Source: Candidatus Methanoperedens sp.
GTDB taxonomy: Archaea; Halobacteriota; Methanosarcinia; Methanosarcinales; Methanoperedenaceae
Reading direction: 5' to 3'
Length of the DNA stretch: 32,000 bases
Assembly: GCA_041494705.1 (NCBI GenBank)
Contig: JBGQBI010000002.1
Coordinates: forward strand, 360,001 to 392,000
The notes beneath the pieces were generated by a model. The model did not search any database. It was not told where the DNA came from and saw only the letters and a program-made list of their open reading frames with translations. Positions within the stretch are counted from its first letter, which is position 1; each line of letters opens with the position of its first letter. This document shows, in pieces, positions 8,555 to 16,957 of the stretch. A program made the translations under genes and the position numbers.

Positions 8555-9354
8555 TGAAATGGCGTTTCATTGACCTGGATATGATTGACGGCTTCCATAG
8601 CGCGGCGCTTTTTGAATCCATAGCAAAGCATGTAGGCGCAGGTTCATCGCCTGAAACTATCCTTTTCTGGCGCGTTCAGTCTCCGGTCGTGTATCTTGGG
8701 TATCACCAGTGCGTAGAAGATGAGATTCATGCTGATTTTTGCAGGAACCACAATATCGGGATAATACGGAGGATACTCGGAGGCGGGTGCGGTTTCTGTG
8801 ATGATAATCAGGTACTTTATTCCGTAATCGGACGGGAGGGCGGCGTGATTCCAAGCGACATTCAATCCGCATATACAACAGTCCTGACCGGAGTGGTTAT
8901 TGCTCTTGAAACTTTTGGTGAAGGCGGTGAAATTGAACCAGCGCGAAATGCGGTTTACTCAAAAAGAAGAAAAATCTCGGGAAATGCGCAGGGGCGCATT
9001 GACGGCGCAGTGCTGGTAAATGGCAGCTTGTTACTGGATTTTGATTTTGAACTGATGGATAAAGTATTGAAAAATCCCACAAAGAACCTTCGACCCGTAC
9101 CTTCTGCAAGGGAAGGGATGATAACCCTGAAGGAAATGGGCATTACCGATATTGAAAATGTTAAAAAAGTATTGAGACAGGGGTTTGAAAAAGCGCTTGG
9201 TATAAAGACAGAAGATGGGCAGTTGACTTTGTTTGAAGCTGATATGGCAAATCAATTATTGGGTAAGTACATGCAAAAAGAGTGGACGTATAAGATGGAT
9301 ATCAAACGCACGTTCAGGAAAAAATCTGCCGCGCCTTCTCTTCTGCAATCCTGA
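8554..9354 (+). CDS. Lipoate-protein ligase A-like protein (BPL/LplA/LipB catalytic domain only)
   Basis: FWRVQSPVVYLGYHQ, RRILGGGCGF, and RRKISGNAQGRIDGAVLVNGSLLLDFD with the conserved Lys before SGNAQ. The ATG at 8554 overlaps the methyltransferase TGA (8552-8554) by 1 nt. The ORF-track start at 8503 is an internal GTG of the upstream gene region. Confidence 0.72.
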   Translation: MKWRFIDLDMIDGFHSAALFESIAKHVGAGSSPETILFWRVQSPVVYLGYHQCVEDEIHADFCRNHNIGIIRRILGGGCGFCDDNQVLYSVIGREGGVIPSDIQSAYTTVLTGVVIALETFGEGGEIEPARNAVYSKRRKISGNAQGRIDGAVLVNGSLLLDFDFELMDKVLKNPTKNLRPVPSAREGMITLKEMGITDIENVKKVLRQGFEKALGIKTEDGQLTLFEADMANQLLGKYMQKEWTYKMDIKRTFRKKSAAPSLLQS

Positions 9355-10504
9355 TGACATCCCTTACAGGAACGCCGGATTCCTGGGCCGTTTTTTTACA
9401 ATCCTCAAATTCGGCTGATATATTCAATAGAACCCCTCGCATATCCCTTGCAATTTTGACAGTTATTGTAAACAACCTGTTGTTAATTGTCATATCCACT
9501 TTCCCCATCTCCCTTTGAGCTATCAACCTGTGTTTTATCGGGATTATCCTGACACCGAGAGAACCGGTTTCTTCAATTATTTTTCTTGCAAGCTTCCCGG
9601 AATCCTCAGGTTTTGTTATAACCTGGATAATATGACCGCTTCGCCCTTTTTTCATTGTAGCCGGGATTATGGATACATCCTTGGCGCCAGCAATTAACAG
9701 CTCATCAATAAGGTTACCCAGCACCTGACCCGTGACATCATCAACATTGGTCTCAAGCATCTCGATTCTGTCAGAGATAAGCGCATCATCTATTTCTCCT
9801 GCGATGATTCGAAGCACATTGGGAATAAAGAGGTCTCTGCTTCCCGCTCCATAACCTGTACGTTCTGTTTTCATTGGAGGACATGTTCCTTTTTCATTGA
9901 TAAAATGTGCAAGTAATGCAGCACCAGTAGGTGTGAGTAATTCCCCTTCGACCGGGCCAGGCTGCCAGGACAGAGAGTATTCTTTTAGAATCTCAAGCGC
10001 AGCCGGGGCAGGTACAGGGAATTTTCCGTGCGAGAACTCAATAAATCCCATGCCCACCGAGATTGGAGTGCAGTATATCCTGTGCTTTTTTAAACCGAGG
10101 TCATGGAAAGCCGTACAGGCTCCCACAATATCCGCAATCGCATCTTCCTGACCCAGTTCATGGAAGTGAAGTTTTTCAAGACTTGTTCCATGGACTTTTG
10201 ATTCTGATTTCGCGAGGATGTTAAAGACCGAAATCACATCTTTAATTATCTCCGGATGAAGGTCGAGTGAGTTGATGCGCTCAAGGATTTCCTCAAATGT
10301 CATGCTCCCCTCTTTTTTCGTGACCACATTGACCGACTGCGCCGAAATACCTTTTTTAGCGGCTCTTGAAAATTCAACCCCGACATGCGCTGCTGACTCC
10401 ATTGCTTCCCTGACTTTTTGGGGAGAAGCCCCAAGATCGAGGAGAGAGCCGATAATCATATCGCCTGAAGCGCCTGAGAATGGGTCAAATAGGATGGCTT
10501 TCAT
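9314..10504 (-). CDS. larC: LarC-family nickel insertion protein (DUF111; nickel-pincer cofactor biosynthesis type)
   Basis: Characteristic N-terminus MKAILFDPFSGASGDMIIGSLLDLGA, HFHELGQEDAIADIVG, and about 396 aa with a C-terminal ferredoxin-like part. Confidence 0.82.
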   Translation of the reverse strand: MKAILFDPFSGASGDMIIGSLLDLGASPQKVREAMESAAHVGVEFSRAAKKGISAQSVNVVTKKEGSMTFEEILERINSLDLHPEIIKDVISVFNILAKSESKVHGTSLEKLHFHELGQEDAIADIVGACTAFHDLGLKKHRIYCTPISVGMGFIEFSHGKFPVPAPAALEILKEYSLSWQPGPVEGELLTPTGAALLAHFINEKGTCPPMKTERTGYGAGSRDLFIPNVLRIIAGEIDDALISDRIEMLETNVDDVTGQVLGNLIDELLIAGAKDVSIIPATMKKGRSGHIIQVITKPEDSGKLARKIIEETGSLGVRIIPIKHRLIAQREMGKVDMTINNRLFTITVKIARDMRGVLLNISAEFEDCKKTAQESGVPVRDVIRIAEEKARQIFS

Positions 10505-10531
10505 CGTTCCAATCTATATCCCTATTAGGAT

Positions 10532-11446
10532 TTATAAACACTGTCTGGATTTGTAGAAAAAATACCCTATTACACCTATTGTTATTACAGGCGACACCCA
10601 TTCCTGTATAGCGACCCCGAAACTTTTAAGCACCATCGTTATTCCCAGGAAAAATATGGAATACATTGCCCCATTTTTAAGGTAAATGTATCTCTTGATA
10701 TTGTCGATATTGCTCACAGTCAGTTTTCTTACCACAAAAGCCCCGATGCCATTACCAATCAGTATCAGAGGCACGGATAGCGTGAATGCGAAAGCCCCCA
10801 CCACACCGTCTAAGGAGAATGTTGCGTCTATGACCTCAAGATACATGATTTTGCTCCAGTCACTCATGTTTGTGCCTCCTATGAGTTCTTTTTCATGCTC
10901 TTCGGCATTCTGCTTGAATCCGTGGGTTATGAAAAAAGCCGTTGACCCGACCACTGCCCCGAAAGCCATGAACGGTCGCTGTTTTAGGGCAAACCAGACT
11001 ATGATAGTCAATATTATGGAGACAATTGCGAAGAACCATACGCCGTGCTGGTGGAAAAATCTCTCGCCGCGCAGTCCATAATTTTTTGCCTCGATGAACA
11101 GCCATTGGAAAAACAGGAAAATAAGGAAAATCCCTCCCCCGACAAGTAAAAATGGCGAGGATTCCTCAATGACTTTGGCTATTTCGGGGTCTTCACTGAA
11201 TGTGGCAGTCAATGCGCCAACCGGTCCCAGGGATGGGTTGGTTGCCCATACAATAAGCCAAGGCAACATTCCCCTTATAACAAAGACCGCAAAAAGCAAT
11301 CCGTATAATAAGAACCAACGTCTTGCTCTCATGGACATCGTGGAAAGCACTTCGGCATTTATCACAGCATTATCGATGCTGCTTATGGTCTCGAATAGAA
11401 TGAGACCAATGACAATGAGGATAATTGAGAATATGTCCATGCTCAC
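10532..11446 (-). CDS. DUF475 / TerC-related integral membrane protein
   Basis: Multi-pass hydrophobic protein with ETISSIDNAVINAEVL near the N-terminus and a second SLDGVVGAFA motif, as in DUF475/TerC-superfamily proteins. The start is either GTG at 11446 or ATG at 11440. Confidence 0.65.
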   Translation of the reverse strand: MSMDIFSIILIVIGLILFETISSIDNAVINAEVLSTMSMRARRWFLLYGLLFAVFVIRGMLPWLIVWATNPSLGPVGALTATFSEDPEIAKVIEESSPFLLVGGGIFLIFLFFQWLFIEAKNYGLRGERFFHQHGVWFFAIVSIILTIIVWFALKQRPFMAFGAVVGSTAFFITHGFKQNAEEHEKELIGGTNMSDWSKIMYLEVIDATFSLDGVVGAFAFTLSVPLILIGNGIGAFVVRKLTVSNIDNIKRYIYLKNGAMYSIFFLGITMVLKSFGVAIQEWVSPVITIGVIGYFFYKSRQCL

Positions 11447-11575
11447 CGAACCTTTTTAACCGTTTAACCGAATAGCTGATACGAACCTGCATTTCACTCA
11501 CCGCAAGTTAATAATCATTTTCATGGTACACTTTTTTACTAAGTTTAACTCTGGCGGAAAAAATAAGGATATGTT

Positions 11576-12562
11576 TTACCCATTGATTGTTTTTATAGCT
11601 CTTACTTTAATATGAAGTTCCAGCGTGTGGTCTTCAGGAGTTGATATATTATCTCCAAAATAATATATTATCCTGCCTTTAACCGTAAAATCCCCTACCT
11701 GGTTCGTCTTTATTCTTACTTCAATATCCCTTGCGCCGCCGGGTTCAAGCTTATATGTTGAGGTATATTGTCCCGCGCCTGCTGTAACAAAATCCGATGA
11801 CGTTACGGACATTCCCGAAAGTTGAAATAAAATTACCTGGACAGTCATCACCGGTTTTGTAATAAGATTGACCGCTGATAACTTTAATATAATATCTTCC
11901 CCAAGGTCCACATCCGTCTTTTCGCCATAAAGTTCGACACTTGCAGACAGGACAGGAGTTGTTGTCCCGGGAGTCAGGCTGGATGTGGCAGCAGGTGTAC
12001 CAAACGTCACGACAGGCGCCTCCTCTGCCCCCCTCGCAGCTTCAAAGTACGCCTTGCTCTTAAAACCAAACATGTTCGCTATTATTGATGTTGGCATTCT
12101 CCTGATCATAGTATTATATATTTCGACTTTATCCTTGTAGCGCATTCTCTCAACTGCAATTCGATTCTCAGTGCCTTCAAGTTGCGCCTGAAGAGCCAGG
12201 AAATTTTCGTTTGACTTTAGCTGTGGATAATTTTCTGCCAGACGTATAAGAACAGAACTATTAATGGAATCCATACCTTTCGCAGCCGCTATTTTCTCTT
12301 CCTGTGTTGTAGCAGCATTCCATTGGCTGCGGTATTTCATCGCTTCGATAAAAATTTTCTCTTCCTGTGCTGCAATGCCTTTCACCGTCTCAACAAGATT
12401 GGGTATAAGGTCGGCTCGCCTCTGGTACTGGTTCTCTACCTGTGACCACTGGGCATCAACACCCTCTTGCGCCGACACAAGACCGTTATATGTAACAAAA
12501 AACCAGCCGCCAAACAACAATACGAAGACAAATACAATAGCAAGTGACGTTTTCAAACTCAT
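11576..12562 (-). CDS. LemA-family membrane protein fused to a C-terminal beta-rich (Ig/CARDB-like) domain
   Basis: N-terminal TM helix, then LemA core YNGLVSAQEGVDAQWSQVENQYQRRADLIPNLVETVK...ENYPQLKSNENFLALQAQLEGTENRIAVERMRY. After roughly aa 190 comes a Thr-rich linker and about 130 aa of alternating beta-strand pattern. The start ATG overlaps the upstream stop (ATGA). Confidence 0.82.
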   Translation of the reverse strand: MSLKTSLAIVFVFVLLFGGWFFVTYNGLVSAQEGVDAQWSQVENQYQRRADLIPNLVETVKGIAAQEEKIFIEAMKYRSQWNAATTQEEKIAAAKGMDSINSSVLIRLAENYPQLKSNENFLALQAQLEGTENRIAVERMRYKDKVEIYNTMIRRMPTSIIANMFGFKSKAYFEAARGAEEAPVVTFGTPAATSSLTPGTTTPVLSASVELYGEKTDVDLGEDIILKLSAVNLITKPVMTVQVILFQLSGMSVTSSDFVTAGAGQYTSTYKLEPGGARDIEVRIKTNQVGDFTVKGRIIYYFGDNISTPEDHTLELHIKVRAIKTING

Positions 12563-13197
12563 TCCGTCACCTTGAGCTGGTCAACAATTTCTCCTATGGC
12601 GGTAAGTACCCTGATGAGTTCCCTGATATATTGCTCCTTATCTTTCCTGAGTTTAGCTTTTCCCAGCCGTATATCATGGATTTCTTTTAAGACCTGCATG
12701 TCTATACCATAACCTTCTGAAACAACCTTGAACATATCCTGTGTATCGCTATAATGTAAGTCCTTAAGGTATATCAGCCCGCCAATCATCGGTACAAGCG
12801 TTGGGACTGCTGAAAGGATGAGAGTTTCAAGATGCCTGTCTTTTAATTGGAGATATTGTCTGCGAAGGTGAATCAGCTTTGAGCGAAACTCGAATTCAAG
12901 CTGGTGGCGCAGGTTTTCTTTAGATATCTCTATATCCTTCAGTATGTCATCGCCATAATGTATCTTGTGGTGCTGCCTGATATTTAAAAACTCGATGGGA
13001 AACACATCCACCCCATCCGTGAGTTCTTCTTTTGTAAAAATGAAGGGTATTTCCTTAAGCAGCTTGAGCTTTTGTAGCTCATCAAAATCAAGGGTGTTGC
13101 AAATTGCAAGAAGGTTCGTTTCATCCCCTGTATAATATTCTGCAAGAGCTACCAGATTTTCTCCAAGTATTTCTTTAATTTTTGTTTCTATCTCCAC
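12559..13197 (-). CDS. Hypothetical 212-aa cytoplasmic protein, possibly a degenerate nucleotidyltransferase-like fold plus helical bundle
   Basis: GTG start at 13197 preceded by GAGGTGA (13208-13202). There is no signal peptide or TM helix. The FTKEELTDGVDVFPIEFLNIRQHHKIHYGDDIL region resembles KNTase-like proteins, but no GS/DxD catalytic motif is visible. It is coupled to the LemA gene by an ATGA overlap. Confidence 0.6.
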   Translation of the reverse strand: MEIETKIKEILGENLVALAEYYTGDETNLLAICNTLDFDELQKLKLLKEIPFIFTKEELTDGVDVFPIEFLNIRQHHKIHYGDDILKDIEISKENLRHQLEFEFRSKLIHLRRQYLQLKDRHLETLILSAVPTLVPMIGGLIYLKDLHYSDTQDMFKVVSEGYGIDMQVLKEIHDIRLGKAKLRKDKEQYIRELIRVLTAIGEIVDQLKVTE

Positions 13198-13215
13198 ATT
13201 ATCACCTCGTAAACT

Positions 13216-14061
13216 TTACCACTTTCCACCAAATCCTCCACCGCCCGACCTTCCGCCGCCGAATCCTCCAAAACCGCCTCCTGACCCGCCTCCGCCAAAT
13301 CCCCCTCCGAAGCCGCCGCCACCATGCCAGCCCCCTCCTCCGCCCGACCCCCAGTTCCAGCCACCACCAATTGGAAACTCCACAGGACGTTCTCTATAGC
13401 GATGCTTTCTTCTCCATTCTTCATCATATTTTGGTCTGTTCATTGCATTCAAGATGATAATAATAAATATTATTGCAACAAAGAAAACAATGCCACCCCA
13501 GTTGGTTTGCATCCCCTGATCGTTCATTTGCGGCGGATTGTACTGTGGTGGGGGAGGATTCGATGGCATGCTGTATTGCGATATTACTTCTTGATTACCT
13601 TTGACCAGCCCTTCGATAACCACCATTGACTCGTATATGCCTTTACCGTATTCACCATTCCTGAAATTCGGCACGATAATCCTGTCCCCGATATTAACTT
13701 TCATGCTGTCCGTGATAGTGCCTTCAAGCCCATACCCCACTTCAAACCTGTAGTCTCTTTCCTGTTTTGCTACCAGGATCAAAAGACCATTGTCTTTATC
13801 CTTTTTCCCGATTCCTGCCTGCTCAAAGAGATTTACGGAATACATCTCTATCGATTCCCCATCAAGAGAATCTACGGTGACTACGGCAATCTCCACAGTG
13901 CTTTCTTTTTCAATATTCTGCGCAAGCTGTGTTATCTTATCCTTATATACAGGGTCTATCATGTTTGCATTATCGGTGACAAACCCATTGAGTTTCGGAT
14001 AACTTGCACTCGCTACGGGCAGTAACAGGATTAAAATAATCAGTAGTGTCCACTTTGCCAT
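13216..14061 (-). CDS. TPM-domain (YgcG-like) membrane protein with a Gly-rich C-terminal tail
   Basis: Signal peptide, then TPM core VTDNANMIDP...IAVVTVDSLDGESIEMYSVNLFEQAGIGKKDKDNGLLILVAKQERDYRFEVGYGLEG. A TM helix follows (GGIVFFVAIIFIIIILNA), then the tail GGGWNWGSGGGGGWHGGGGFGGGFGGGGSGGGFGGFGGG. Confidence 0.85.
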   Translation of the reverse strand: MAKWTLLIILILLLPVASASYPKLNGFVTDNANMIDPVYKDKITQLAQNIEKESTVEIAVVTVDSLDGESIEMYSVNLFEQAGIGKKDKDNGLLILVAKQERDYRFEVGYGLEGTITDSMKVNIGDRIIVPNFRNGEYGKGIYESMVVIEGLVKGNQEVISQYSMPSNPPPPQYNPPQMNDQGMQTNWGGIVFFVAIIFIIIILNAMNRPKYDEEWRRKHRYRERPVEFPIGGGWNWGSGGGGGWHGGGGFGGGFGGGGSGGGFGGFGGGRSGGGGFGGKW

Positions 14062-14123
14062 AATTTATTCCTGAACGTATTGGGTTTGAACAGTATTTAA
14101 AGGATTCTGTTATAGTTGAGAAC

Positions 14124-14381
14124 CTATTTATCACGTTCTTCTGCAAACGATTCCCGGTATCCCTCTTTAAATTTTTCCACAGACCCGTAAAGAATGAGGA
14201 TGAACCCTGCGGTTATCATCAGACTTGAAGCTACTCCGTATTCCTGACTCAATTGAAAAGTCTCGCCAATAATCAAAGTTACAAAAAATTTCGGCAGAGC
14301 AGCAATAATCGGGGTTATGGCTAAAGCTGTACCGACTATCCTTAGAGTGTGAAAACAACCATCTGATTTCTCCAAAAACAT
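14124..14381 (-). CDS. Small hypothetical membrane protein (85 aa, about 2 TM helices)
   Basis: ATG at 14381 with GGAGGT immediately upstream (14389-14384). There are two hydrophobic segments and no recognisable family. Confidence 0.45.
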   Translation of the reverse strand: MFLEKSDGCFHTLRIVGTALAITPIIAALPKFFVTLIIGETFQLSQEYGVASSLMITAGFILILYGSVEKFKEGYRESFAEERDK

Positions 14382-14436
14382 TTACCTCCAATAATTTATA
14401 ATAAAGTGACTGAAGTCCTGATTCGGAAGGTATTCT

Positions 14437-14479
14437 AAAAAAAAAGAAAAAAAGAAAAAAATCGGTGTATCCTTACACC
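14437..14479 (-). terminator. mtr operon terminator: hairpin overlapping the mtrH stop, followed by long oligo-T tracts
   Basis: The perfect 6-bp hairpin ggtgta-tcct-tacacc (14464-14479) contains the mtrH TAA. On the minus strand it is followed by TTTTTTTCTTTTTTTCTTTTTTTTT (14461-14437). Confidence 0.6.
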
Positions 14480-15423
14480 AATTTCTTTATCGGGTGTGAT
14501 TCCGCAAGCACGCTAAGGCCGAGGTCTTTTGCGGTCTCTGCCAGCATGATGTCCACCATCGCCACTGCAGGGAACACACGCTTTACGTTCTCTATCGGGC
14601 CATAAAGCAGGAAATTCGCGCCCATTATCTGAGCAACGAGGTTCGTGCCTATGTCCACTGGCGGCCAGGATTCTGTCTTTGCATCAGGGTCTGTTTTCTT
14701 GTATTTCTTCATCCAGTCCCATGCAGAAGCCATATTGTGGAAACCTCCGCCTGCCGGCAATCCCAATTTGCCTTTTACAGCAAGAATCGACCTGATTGTT
14801 GCGCCCGCGCCTGCTCCGAGAGGCGTTGCGGCTACGTCCACAAGAGGTCTTGTGATTCCAACTTCCTTCGCGACATCAAGCATGCCTTTTGCCTGCCCTG
14901 TTCCTCCTTTCTCAAGGATTTCAAGTTTGCCTTCAACGCTCGGGTTTGTGGCGTTAAATGCAAGTACGATAGCCGAGGTAAGTTTGCTCTCTTTGAGCGC
15001 CTTTATTTCCTCAGCGCCAATACTGGCATTGATGGAGTTGTGAATGGCGCGCTTCTCGACACCGATTTCTTTAGCGTATTTTGCAGCCGCTGCTCTTGTA
15101 TGACCATCTGATGAATCAACAAGGAACGGGATGTCGTCACAGATATCCACGAACCAGTCGATATATTTCTTAATCGCTTCAGGTGTTTCACCCACAAGCT
15201 GGTTGAAATATGGATTTCCTGTTGTATCTCCCATCACTTCCTGTGTATTCCACAGTTTCTCTGCAGCCGCTTTATCGAAAACACCCCTGTCTTCATCGGT
15301 CACAATCTTATGTTTTAAGTAAAACATCGTACTGACCAGTACTGTAGGATATTCTCCCGGCTGTCCGCCGACTTTTATCTTGCCGAATTCAAACACTTCT
15401 TGTTTCTTATCAAATCTGAACAT
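14473..15423 (-). CDS. mtrH: Tetrahydromethanopterin S-methyltransferase subunit H
   Basis: N-terminus MFRFDKKQEVFEFGKIKVGGQPGEYPTVLVSTMFY, 316 aa, last gene of the mtr cluster. Confidence 0.95.
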   Translation of the reverse strand: MFRFDKKQEVFEFGKIKVGGQPGEYPTVLVSTMFYLKHKIVTDEDRGVFDKAAAEKLWNTQEVMGDTTGNPYFNQLVGETPEAIKKYIDWFVDICDDIPFLVDSSDGHTRAAAAKYAKEIGVEKRAIHNSINASIGAEEIKALKESKLTSAIVLAFNATNPSVEGKLEILEKGGTGQAKGMLDVAKEVGITRPLVDVAATPLGAGAGATIRSILAVKGKLGLPAGGGFHNMASAWDWMKKYKKTDPDAKTESWPPVDIGTNLVAQIMGANFLLYGPIENVKRVFPAVAMVDIMLAETAKDLGLSVLAESHPIKKLV

Positions 15424-15432
15424 CTTAGCACC

Positions 15433-15693
15433 TCATTTAAATAATACGCTCTGGAGGAATGACTGCAATCTTGGAAGCACAGGCGAGAGCAGAAGTAATA
15501 AATATACTACTACTACCATCAATGCAGTGCATATTCCATACAGGATTCCAATATCTCTTCCGATTTTTTTCCCATATCTCTGGTGAATCTCTGAATTTGT
15601 GAACTCGATCTTTTCGTCTATCTCGTTCAGTTTCAGGATAATATTCTTGTAGTCCTCAGGATCTACGATTACTATCGGGACTTTATCTGCCAT
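15433..15693 (-). CDS. mtrG: Tetrahydromethanopterin S-methyltransferase subunit G
   Basis: 86 aa, with IEFTNSEIHQRYGKKIGRDIGILYG and a C-terminal TM helix, in the canonical position between mtrF and mtrH. Confidence 0.92.
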   Translation of the reverse strand: MADKVPIVIVDPEDYKNIILKLNEIDEKIEFTNSEIHQRYGKKIGRDIGILYGICTALMVVVVYLLLLLSPVLPRLQSFLQSVLFK

Positions 15694-15697
15694 ATTA

Positions 15698-15916
15698 TCA
15701 CCTCAATACCGGAACCAGTACCGTCGCCATAACTATCACGAAACCGATTATGAATCCTATAAAACCTGTGGCTCCGACTCCTGATTCAAGTTTCTGGTTC
15801 CTTGCTATGAGCTGGCCCCTGTACCTGATATCTTCAACCAGTTGTTCAATGGTCGCCATTGAAGGGGCTATTACCATGGGTACGCCTTTCCCGTATTCGT
15901 ATTCTTTCTCTGCCAT
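15698..15916 (-). CDS. mtrF: Tetrahydromethanopterin S-methyltransferase subunit F
   Basis: [20 protein letters not shown]...[17 protein letters not shown] plus a C-terminal TM helix. The ATG at 15916 is preferred over the ORF-track GTG at 15928, which would overlap mtrA. Confidence 0.88.
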   Translation of the reverse strand: MAEKEYEYGKGVPMVIAPSMATIEQLVEDIRYRGQLIARNQKLESGVGATGFIGFIIGFVIVMATVLVPVLR

Positions 15917-15917
15917 T

Positions 15918-16643
15918 TTAAGCACCACCTCCGAATATTGTTATGCCAAGTATGGTTAATCCCACTACCAGGCCAATCATTATGCCCTCTATTTTCCCTG
16001 CATAGATGCCGGACATGAGCTTATTGAGATTGCCGATTCCAATGGTCTGCGCCTGGATTCCCTTAATCCGTGCCTGTACCGTGGCTATCTCGGCTGACAT
16101 GGGTTTCACACCGCCAACCTCTGCAGCCTCTTCCTTTTTGCCAACCTCTATTATCATCGGCTCGCCTGCAAATGCGCCAGGGTCTTTTGCCGTAAGTTCC
16201 TTTATCTTTGCAACAATCGCGCCCTCATCCTCGGTACCTATCATTTCAACTACCTGGATTTGCGCCTGGAATCTCTTTATGGCATCGTCAGGCAGGTTTT
16301 CAATATACGGAATAGCTCCCGTAGCCCCGACAATCCTGTTTTCTTTGATGCCGTTCTGGTGTATCTTAATTATGGCTTCACCTGATATATGTCCCTTGAC
16401 TTCCGAACCTGTTACGAGCAGGAAGCGGATATTTGGATTGGAGATGATATTTGCGACAATCTTCTCTATACCGAGGTTTTCTGTTTTATGTGGTCCTGTT
16501 ATCGCAGCGCCTGCTGCAAGCTGTGATGCGCCTTTAAGATGCGAACCGCACGTTGTAACAGCAACCGGGTTTTCGGGATTTCCAGATTCATATTCTCCTT
16601 TAACGACAGGCCATCCCGCCGCGGGTTTGACTTTATTTACCAT
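15918..16643 (-). CDS. mtrA: Tetrahydromethanopterin S-methyltransferase subunit A (corrinoid-binding)
   Basis: [58 protein letters not shown], and a C-terminal TM anchor. 241 aa. Confidence 0.95.
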   Translation of the reverse strand: MVNKVKPAAGWPVVKGEYESGNPENPVAVTTCGSHLKGASQLAAGAAITGPHKTENLGIEKIVANIISNPNIRFLLVTGSEVKGHISGEAIIKIHQNGIKENRIVGATGAIPYIENLPDDAIKRFQAQIQVVEMIGTEDEGAIVAKIKELTAKDPGAFAGEPMIIEVGKKEEAAEVGGVKPMSAEIATVQARIKGIQAQTIGIGNLNKLMSGIYAGKIEGIMIGLVVGLTILGITIFGGGA

Positions 16644-16955
16644 TTATATCCCTCCTATCTTCAAAAGGATAAGCAATAAAAAGGATACAATAAATCCTAT
16701 TACTGCGCCATAGAATGCGTTGGTTACTATCCCGGCGTTATATGAAGCGTTTTCTCGTCCGGGGAACATATTCAAGAGCGGCGCTTTGGGGTCGAGCTGG
16801 TTCATCATATCCGTCACTATTTTATCAAGCTCGTCCAGTTGTGTTTTTACGCCATCCAACGAATACTCCACAACATCTTCCCGTTCTTCTGCGATTACGC
16901 CGGTCGCCGGATTCAATATCAAGTGCAGTTCCGGGGCTACTCTTATGTGACTCAT
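16644..16955 (-). CDS. mtrB: Tetrahydromethanopterin S-methyltransferase subunit B
   Basis: 103 aa, MSHIRVAPELHLILNPATGVIAEE... plus a C-terminal TM helix, in the canonical position between mtrC and mtrA. Confidence 0.9.
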   Translation of the reverse strand: MSHIRVAPELHLILNPATGVIAEEREDVVEYSLDGVKTQLDELDKIVTDMMNQLDPKAPLLNMFPGRENASYNAGIVTNAFYGAVIGFIVSFLLLILLKIGGI

Positions 16956-16957
16956 GT

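Noticed and set aside
13182-13629. Plus-strand ORFs of 91 and 101 aa, a minus-strand alternative-frame 79-aa ORF, and an apparent simple-sequence repeat (ccgcc / ccacc runs) at 13216-13380.
   Set aside because: The repeat is the GGN-codon run that encodes the Gly-rich C-terminal tail typical of TPM/YgcG proteins. The overlapping ORFs are by-products of that low-complexity coding sequence.
16006-16713. Long antisense ORFs inside well-supported genes. Examples: 235 aa opposite mtrA (16006-16713), 231 aa opposite the marker-8 gene (19567-20262), 216 aa opposite argF (2108-2758), 209 aa opposite folD (25423-26052), 165 aa opposite aroE (29961-30458).
   Set aside because: Each lies entirely within a gene whose product has clear family motifs on the other strand. 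Their translations are low-complexity (Ser/Pro/Ile-rich) with no start context, so they are typical shadow ORFs.
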